Source: Antedon mediterranea
Lineage: Eukaryota > Animalia > Echinodermata
Reading direction: 5' to 3'
DNA length: 64,000 bases
NCBI RefSeq assembly: GCF_964355755.1
Contig: NC_092676.1
Coordinates: 1,617,788 to 1,681,787 of the forward strand
Below the pieces are notes generated by a model. It saw only the letters and a program-made list of their open reading frames with translations, did no database searches and was not told the origin of the DNA. Positions 56,946-64,000 of this stretch are shown one piece after another; position 1 is the first letter of the stretch; every line of letters starts with the position of its first letter. A program made the translations under genes and the position numbers.

Positions 56946-57632
56946 CTGTGACATAATATCCTCCCTCTGTTTTAATAAGTTCTGAATCGATATTTATCAT
57001 TATTTTTTTCATAATCGATCAGTTCTCAACACTATGTCAAAATATCAATAAAACTAAATTTGGTTAAATATCAGAATATCATAAACATTGGAGGGGGTTC
57101 GTTGTCACGGCATCCCCCTGTGACAGAATATCCCCCCTCTGCTTTAAGAAGTTCTATATTCATCATTATTTTTTTCATAATCGATAAGTTTTCACCACCA
57201 TGTCAAATATTTAAACAAAATAAATGTGGTTATAATATCAGAATATCATAAAAATTGGAGGGGGTTCGTTGTCACGGCATCTATCAAGTTCAACCCCATG
57301 TGACAGAATATCCTCCCTACGGTTTTAATAAGTTCTGAATCGATATTCATCCTTATTTTTTGATAATCGATCAGTTCTCAACACTATGTCAAAATATCAA
57401 TAAAAATAAATTTTGTTAAATATCAGAATATCATAAACATTGGAGGGGGTTCGTTTTCAAGGCATCTATTCAAGTTTAATCCCCCGACAGAATATCCCCA
57501 CTCTCTTTTAATAAGTTCTGAATCGATATTCATCATTATTTTTTTCATAATCGAATAAGTTTTCACCACTATGTCAAATATTTAAACAAAATAAATGTGG
57601 TTGTATATCAGAATATCATAGAAATTGGAGGT
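56946..57632. repeat. About 170-185-bp tandem repeat, 4 copies in an ABAB arrangement
   Basis: Units begin GTGACAGAATATCCCCCT at about 56946, 57118, 57299 and 57484. Copies 1/3 and 2/4 share diagnostic segments. Unit junctions are short inverted repeats (GGGGGTTCGTTGTCAC...GTGACAGAATATCCCCC). Confidence 0.9.
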
Positions 57633-57895
57633 GGTGAAAATGATGGGCGGAATTATGTAACCAATGACGTCATCTGATTGATACAGACCTCCCGCACAGG
57701 CGAGTTGGGAATCACGGGGATCAGGTTTAAGTTGGAATTTTTAGATGCCAGGCCTCTTGTTAGTAAGTAAAACCAGGTAAAAGCCTAGACTTCCTTGTAT
57801 TTAAGCAAGGAATACAATAAAATTCATAGCCTTTGACCAAATTAGAAAGTTGGATTTTCACAAACTGATCAATACACAGAAAGATTGTTATAAAG

Positions 57896-58939
57896 ATGAC
57901 TTTAAAATTGCTTATTCTGTTTGTGATGACCTGCTTGTTGATATTCAGACATGGAGGAGCTACAAGAAGTTTGATATCATTTAACCAGAAGTTTCACTAC
58001 TCATCAACAAGTAAGGTATACATTACAATCACACCAGTAATCAAACAACAGAAGGTTAATCGTTCAGGAAAATCTACACTAGTTAGATGTCCACTTTTCA
58101 TTTCGTTTGGTTCTAATCAAGGAATATACGCATGTTACTTTGATGATAATACTCAATATACTATTTATACATCGTCGGGTGTGACATATACCACATCTCA
58201 ACCAGATCTTGTAAAACTCTATTGTGACGGATTGAGAAACATCGTTGAAGGCGAGGAAGTAGACATTTCATGTGACTTGATCAGAAAAGATGACAACATA
58301 CAATATGAAGTGACAACTATTTGGGCTCAAGGAAAGCACAACATTACACAGATTCATCGTGTAGATACTAACATTACAATTATTCAGACTCTTAAAGGTT
58401 TTCATTCTGGAGAAGGGGTATTTTTTTACTGTATTTCATTTGAGAATAGCATTAATTGCTATAGATTCACTATGACAGTTTATCCCCAATTAATGGTAGA
58501 GGTCACAAGGGTATATGAAAACTCTGAAGTTGATGTGAACCAGAATTGTTTCAAGTGTTATGCAGAAGGTGGGTCTGGTAAGATAATTTATAATTGGAGT
58601 TTGAATGGAGACGAATTGCAGTATTATTTCTATGAAACTGATGAAAGATGCTTTGGTAATTTACCAGCTGGTAACTACACTGTGAAGTGTCTGGTGAGTA
58701 CTGATGTCCAGAACAGATCTGATGAGATAGCATTCACAATCAAAGATGACATGTTAAGAGATAAAATGGCAACTAGTAAAATAACCATAATCCTGGCAAC
58801 AAGTAATATCATACTGATCATTGCACTTGTGTGTGTTGTGTGTTATGACAAACTTAAGAAGAAACATGACAACACACCACAACCTGCTGTGTACTATCAA
58901 AGAAACGGGGATTCAACTCGTACGTATGAATTCTTCTGA
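57896..58939 (+). CDS. Orphan single-exon type-I membrane glycoprotein with Ig-like ectodomain, 347 aa
   Basis: N-terminal hydrophobic signal peptide; Cys/Trp spacing typical of Ig domains (FKCYAEGGSGKIIYNWSLNG...GNYTVKC); several N-x-S/T sequons; TM helix ITIILATSNIILIIALVCVVC; short Tyr-rich tail. The Ig call is pattern-based only. Confidence 0.65.
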   Translation: MTLKLLILFVMTCLLIFRHGGATRSLISFNQKFHYSSTSKVYITITPVIKQQKVNRSGKSTLVRCPLFISFGSNQGIYACYFDDNTQYTIYTSSGVTYTTSQPDLVKLYCDGLRNIVEGEEVDISCDLIRKDDNIQYEVTTIWAQGKHNITQIHRVDTNITIIQTLKGFHSGEGVFFYCISFENSINCYRFTMTVYPQLMVEVTRVYENSEVDVNQNCFKCYAEGGSGKIIYNWSLNGDELQYYFYETDERCFGNLPAGNYTVKCLVSTDVQNRSDEIAFTIKDDMLRDKMATSKITIILATSNIILIIALVCVVCYDKLKKKHDNTPQPAVYYQRNGDSTRTYEFF

Positions 58940-59256
58940 CATTAGTTACTATACAATGGATGCACCAAAACATGGTGCAAATGCCTATGATTGATAATAG
59001 ACTGATTAAAAACAATGAGTACAGTAACAAACTGAATGTTACAATTTATATGCATTATCTATATTACAGAACAATCAGAAAGTGCTTCTTTTTTATTTCT
59101 AATAAAAAGCATGCATTTGAATACCAATTTGTGTTTACACTTTGATATCATTAATAATCAATAGAAAATGTTTATAATAACCAATTATAAAGCCCACCAT
59201 TTTGATTGTTTTGACACTCAAAAAGCATTAAACAGATAACACATGGTGTTAAATTG

Positions 59257-59364
59257 TTTTTAGTCGTGTGCAAACGCGACTATAGCTCACTATGTCGGTC
59301 GGTAGGTCGGTAAACACTAACTCAAATTTGCGCACGCGAATGCAGCCATGTATATGGCCTTGTT
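59257..59364 (+). mobile_element. Non-autonomous Helentron-like element (HINE/DINE-type)
   Basis: T-run, subTIR AGTCGTGTGC with nearby inverted CGCGACT, (GTCG)n microsatellite, 3' subTIR GCACGCGA, terminal hairpin GCCATGTATATGGC, then TTGTT. Confidence 0.7.
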
Positions 59365-59850
59365 ATTATTCTGTCTTGATTGATTAAAAGAAGGAACTAG
59401 ATGTCACATTGATGATCTTACTGAATACAGTAGTTCAACTTAATTATAAAACAATAACTTTAAATCTGTAAAACAGCATTGCTTAGAATGACCTGTTCTG
59501 TTCAAGAAGCACACTATATCTGCTAGTTTATTGATAATTTATAATATAAAGTTTAGTTAATAATGATATAAAACATAATGTAGTATTAAACAATACTCTG
59601 GTATTAGACTGGTCCACTCTACACTCTCTGTGCATTGTGTTAGTATAATAATGAATACACAGTGTTACATTACTTTTAATATTCTGTCTTGATTGATTAA
59701 AAGAAGGAACTAGATGCCACAGTGATGATCTTACTGAATACAAAATTTGAACTGTAAAACAGCAATAGGCCTACTTAGAATTGATGTTTGCTTCATTTGT
59801 ATGTTGACATACAATGAAGCACACTTTATCTACAACTTAATATAATCATT

Positions 59851-60350
59851 CCCAGCTAGCAATTTGACATTGGCCCGACGTCGGCAAGCGTCGGCAGACG
59901 TTGACAAAGTCGCGGGCAAATTGCCGACGTTATTACAACGTTATTACAACGTGTACTATAAGTCGTGAATTTAATGGTTGTTAACCTAACGTCCTGCCGA
60001 CGTCGTATTTACGTTGAAAAATTGACAAAAAAATGTGCCTTGCGATTACATAAATCCAACGTCAGTTTGACGTCGTTATCTTTGGTTGGCACAACGTCTG
60101 CAAACGTCAACATATTAAAGTAATTTTGACACGTCGCATCAACGTTGGCAAAACGTTGTAAAGAGTTGTCAACAATCAAACGTCGTCACAACGTTGACAA
60201 TTTGCCAATATATGACAACTTATCAAGTCGGCAAATTATTGTTGGTTTAACGTCGCCATTAGTCGTTGGTTCACCGTTAGCGAATGTCGACACACTAAAG
60301 TCATTTTCCTCACGTTGCACCGACATCGGCTAATGGTTGTAAAATTTATG
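59851..60350 (+). mobile_element. Left terminus of an EnSpm/CACTA-like DNA transposon
   Basis: Abrupt start CCCAGCTAGCA followed by dense (C)AACGT(T/C) subterminal motifs, the architecture of animal CCCAG-terminated EnSpm-type elements. No matching right end (..GCTGGG) seen in the window. Confidence 0.55.
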
Positions 60351-62940
60351 TAGGCATTTTAACGTCTACCCAACGTTTGAAATTGGATACAAGACTTTAA
60401 GCATTTGGGTTGTTCATTTATGTCGATTCAACGTCAAATAAAAGTTGTTAAGCCAACGTCAGCAATTGTCAACAACATTACATTGACTTGTTCCACGTCA
60501 TACAGACGTTGGCTTATAGTTGTATACGTTAAGTCGGATATCAAACGTCGTGCCAACGCTTGAAATTGACGCAAAATACTATCATTTATGGTCACTATTC
60601 TAGCGTCAGTTTAACGTCAAATAAAAGTTGTTAAGCCAACGTCAGCAATTGTCAAAAATATTACATTGACTTGTTCCACGTCATGCAGACGTTGGCTAAT
60701 AGTTGTATACGTTAAGTCTGATATCAAACGTCGTGCCAACGCTTGAAATTGACGCAAAATACTATCATTTATGGTCACTATTCTAGCGTCAGTTTAACGT
60801 CAAATAAAAGTTGTTAAGCCAACGTCAGCAATTGTCAAAAATATTACATTGACTTGTTCCACGTCATACAGACGTTGGCTTATAGTTGTATACGTTAAGT
60901 CTGATATCAAACGTCATACCAACGCTTGAAATTGACGCAAAATACAATCATTTATGGTCACTATTCTAGCGTCAGTTTAACGTCAAATAAAAGTTGTTAA
61001 GCCAACGTCAGCAATTGTCAACAACATTACATTGACTTGTTCCACGTCATGCAGACGTTGGCTAAACGTTGTATACGTTAAGTCTGATATCAAACGTCGT
61101 GCCAACGCTTGAAATTGACGCAAAATACTAGCATTTATGGTCACTATTCTAGCGTCAGTTTAACGTCAAATAAAAGTTGTTAAGCCAACGTCAGCAATTG
61201 TCAACAACATTACATTGACTTGTTCCACGTCATACAGACGTTGGCTAATAGTTGTATACGTTAAGTCTGATATCAAACGTCGTGCCAACGCTTGAAATTG
61301 ACGCAAAATACAATCATTTATGGTCACTATTCTAGCGTCAGTTTAACGTCAAATAAAAGTTGTTAAGCCAACGTCAGCAATTGTCAACAACATTACATTG
61401 ACTTGTTCCACGTCATGCAGACGTTGGCTAAAAGTTGTATACGTTAAGTCTGATATCAAACGTCGTGCCAACGCTTGAAATTGACGCAAAATACTAGCAT
61501 TTATGGTCACTATCCTAGCGTCAGTTTAACGTCAAATAAAAGTTGTTAAGCCAACGTCAGCAATTGTCAACAACATTACATTGACTTGTTCCACGTCATA
61601 CAGACGTTGGCTAATAGTTGTATACGTTAAGTCTGATATCAAACGTCGTGCCAACGCTTGAAATTGACGCAAAATACAATCATTTATGGTCACTATTCTA
61701 GCGTCAGTTTAACGTCAAATAAAAGTTGTTAAGCCAACGTCAGCAATTGTCAACAACATTACATTGACTTGTTCCACGTCATGCAGACGTTGGCTAATAG
61801 TTGTATACGTTAAGTCTGATATCAAACGTCGTGCCAACGCTTGAAATTGACGCAAAATACTAGCATTTATGGTCACTATTCTAGCGTCAGTTTAACGTCA
61901 AATAAAAGTTGTTAAAACAACGTCAGCAATTGTCAAAAATATTACATTGACTTGTTCCACGTCATGCAGACGTTGGCTAATAGTTGTATACGTTAAGTCT
62001 GATATCAAACGTCATACCAACGCTTGAAATTGACGCAAAATACAATCATTTATGGTCACTATTCTAGCGTCAGTTTAACGTCAAATAAAAGTTGTTAAGC
62101 CAACGTCAGCAATTGTCAACAACATTACATTGACTTGTTCCACGTCATACAGACGTTGGCTAATAGTTGTATACGTTAAGTCTGATATCAAACGTCGTGC
62201 CAACGCTTGAAATTGACGCAAAATACAATCATTTATGGTCACTATTCTAGCGTCAGTTTAACGTCAAATAAAAGTTGTTAAGCCAACGTCAGCAATTGTC
62301 AACAACATTACATTGACTTGTTCCACGTCATGCAGACGTTGGCTAATAGTTGTATACGTTAAGTCTGATATCAAACGTCGTGCCAACGCTTGAAATTGAC
62401 GCAAAATACTAGCATTTATGGTCACTATTCTAGCGTCAGTTTAACGTCAAATGAAAGTTGTTAAGCCAACGTCAGCAATTGTCAAAAATATTACATTGAC
62501 TTGTTCCACGTCATGCAGACGTTGGCTAATAGTTGTATACGTTAAGTCTGATATCAAACGTCATACCAACGCTTGAAATTGACGCAAAATACAATCATTT
62601 ATGGTCACTATTCTAGCGTCAGTTTAACGTCAAATAAAAGTTGTTAAGCCAACGTCAGCAATTGTCAACAACATTACATTGACTTGTTCCACGTCATGCA
62701 GACGTTGGCTTATAGTTGTATACGTTAAGTCTGATATCAAACGTCGTGCCAACGCTTGAAATTGATGCAAAATACAATCATTTATGGTCACTATTCTAGC
62801 GTCAGTTTAACGTCAAATAAAAGTTTGTTAAGCCAACGTCAGCAATTGTCAACGACATTACATTGACTTGTTTCACATTGACTTTATAGTAACAATTGTA
62901 TTACTGGTTAAGTCGGATTTTAAACGTCGTACCAACGCTT
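60350..62940. repeat. 183-bp satellite, about 14 copies
   Basis: AACGTCAAATAAAAGTTGTTAAGCC recurs at 60430, 60613, 60796, 60979 ... 62809 (period 183); copies nearly identical and rich in AACGT/ACGTT. Confidence 0.97.
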
Positions 62941-64000
62941 AAATATTACAAACATATCGTGTTTATTCCAAACTTGTTAGAGTAACTGATTGACAACTTA
63001 CTAAATAATACAATACCCCACATAGAAAAGTTGATTCAAACAAAATGCAATATTATGTTTTGATATGGATATTAAAGAAAAGTAGGCCTATATTCTTCTT
63101 TAGATTGTTTCTAAATATTTTTGAACATTAATTAGGACATCTAACTTTATATATTAAGAGAATGTCTGTACACTTATCGTTTGAATGCAGCTATTGAAAT
63201 GGAATGATTGATTTAATGATGGTCATCCTAATTATGGTTCCATTTAAAATAAATGGCGCCCCCATTCAAGAAACTGAATGTAATCAAAGATCTTATAAAA
63301 TTAATGAAAATACAAAATCTACAATTTACAAGGAACCAATTATTGGTATTAAAAGATAAATATTGAAATATGTACTTGGCTATTTTTCTAAACGGAAAAA
63401 TGCAACCATACCACCATACATCATAAATGCAAAATAAAGAAAAACGATTAAGTTCATTCCACTGATAATACGTTTAATTGCATTTTCATTTCAACAGCCT
63501 AACATTAAATTTATTTAAAAACATTTGTCAAGATAGATATTGGGAATACACCTCCATTTTTTCGCAATATAAGAGAAGCTAATAACGAATTGACAAATGG
63601 TCAAACAATAAACGGTCTCAGAAAACGATGTTATAACGTTCATGATCTGTAATGTTCGCTGATATTATAAAAACTAAAAAGTAGGCATAGGTTAAGTTTA
63701 ATTCGTAGTAAGATATATGTGTGTATTATATTATATACTCCAAAGTAACTAAATTCTACAGAGGCTTCAAATTTAATTTATGTAAAAATAAAAATTGTAC
63801 ATGAATGTTAATGAACTATTTGGGCTTATAAACTTATGTTATGTTATGTTCTAAATTACCGAACGTAAAACAAAAAATGATGAGATACAAAAATGTGGAT
63901 AAAGAAAGAAATAATGCGCAAGACATAAAATTAAAATAATACATTATTATGTAAGCAGTGTATAAATTGTTGAACAAAGTATTAATATAGTTCATATGTT

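Overview
AT-rich eukaryotic (invertebrate animal, probably deuterostome/echinoderm-like; inference only) genomic window with spliceosomal GT-AG introns. I reconstructed exon chains by hand for: the last two exons of SYAP1 (+), intronless headcase HECA (+), taxilin (+, 13 exons), MTF1 (-, 6 coding exons), a solitary H2A.X ending SQEF with a histone stem-loop (+), PSMG1 (+, 6 exons), lebercilin LCA5 (-, 8 coding exons) and an intronless orphan type-I membrane protein with Ig-like features (+). Non-coding DNA is rich in PIF/Harbinger-type MITEs (one family has about 13 copies). It also holds an internally deleted Harbinger with a Myb/SANT remnant, LINE and SINE fragments, a Helentron-like element, several minisatellites and a 183-bp satellite inside an EnSpm/CACTA-like terminus. 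The most notable observations are: (1) tandem repeats seeded exactly on stop codons and splice donors, with downstream donor copies inactivated; (2) a predicted 3'UTR intron in H2A.X that would splice out the histone stem-loop; (3) a 71-bp CRE/TATA palindrome plus RFX/Forkhead sites at the LCA5 promoter; (4) a TAGGCCTA first-intron signature predicting an unannotated minus-strand promoter; (5) ancestral SYAP1-HECA-TXLN and PSMG1-LCA5 microsynteny. All gene names come from motif recognition from memory; no database searches were run.
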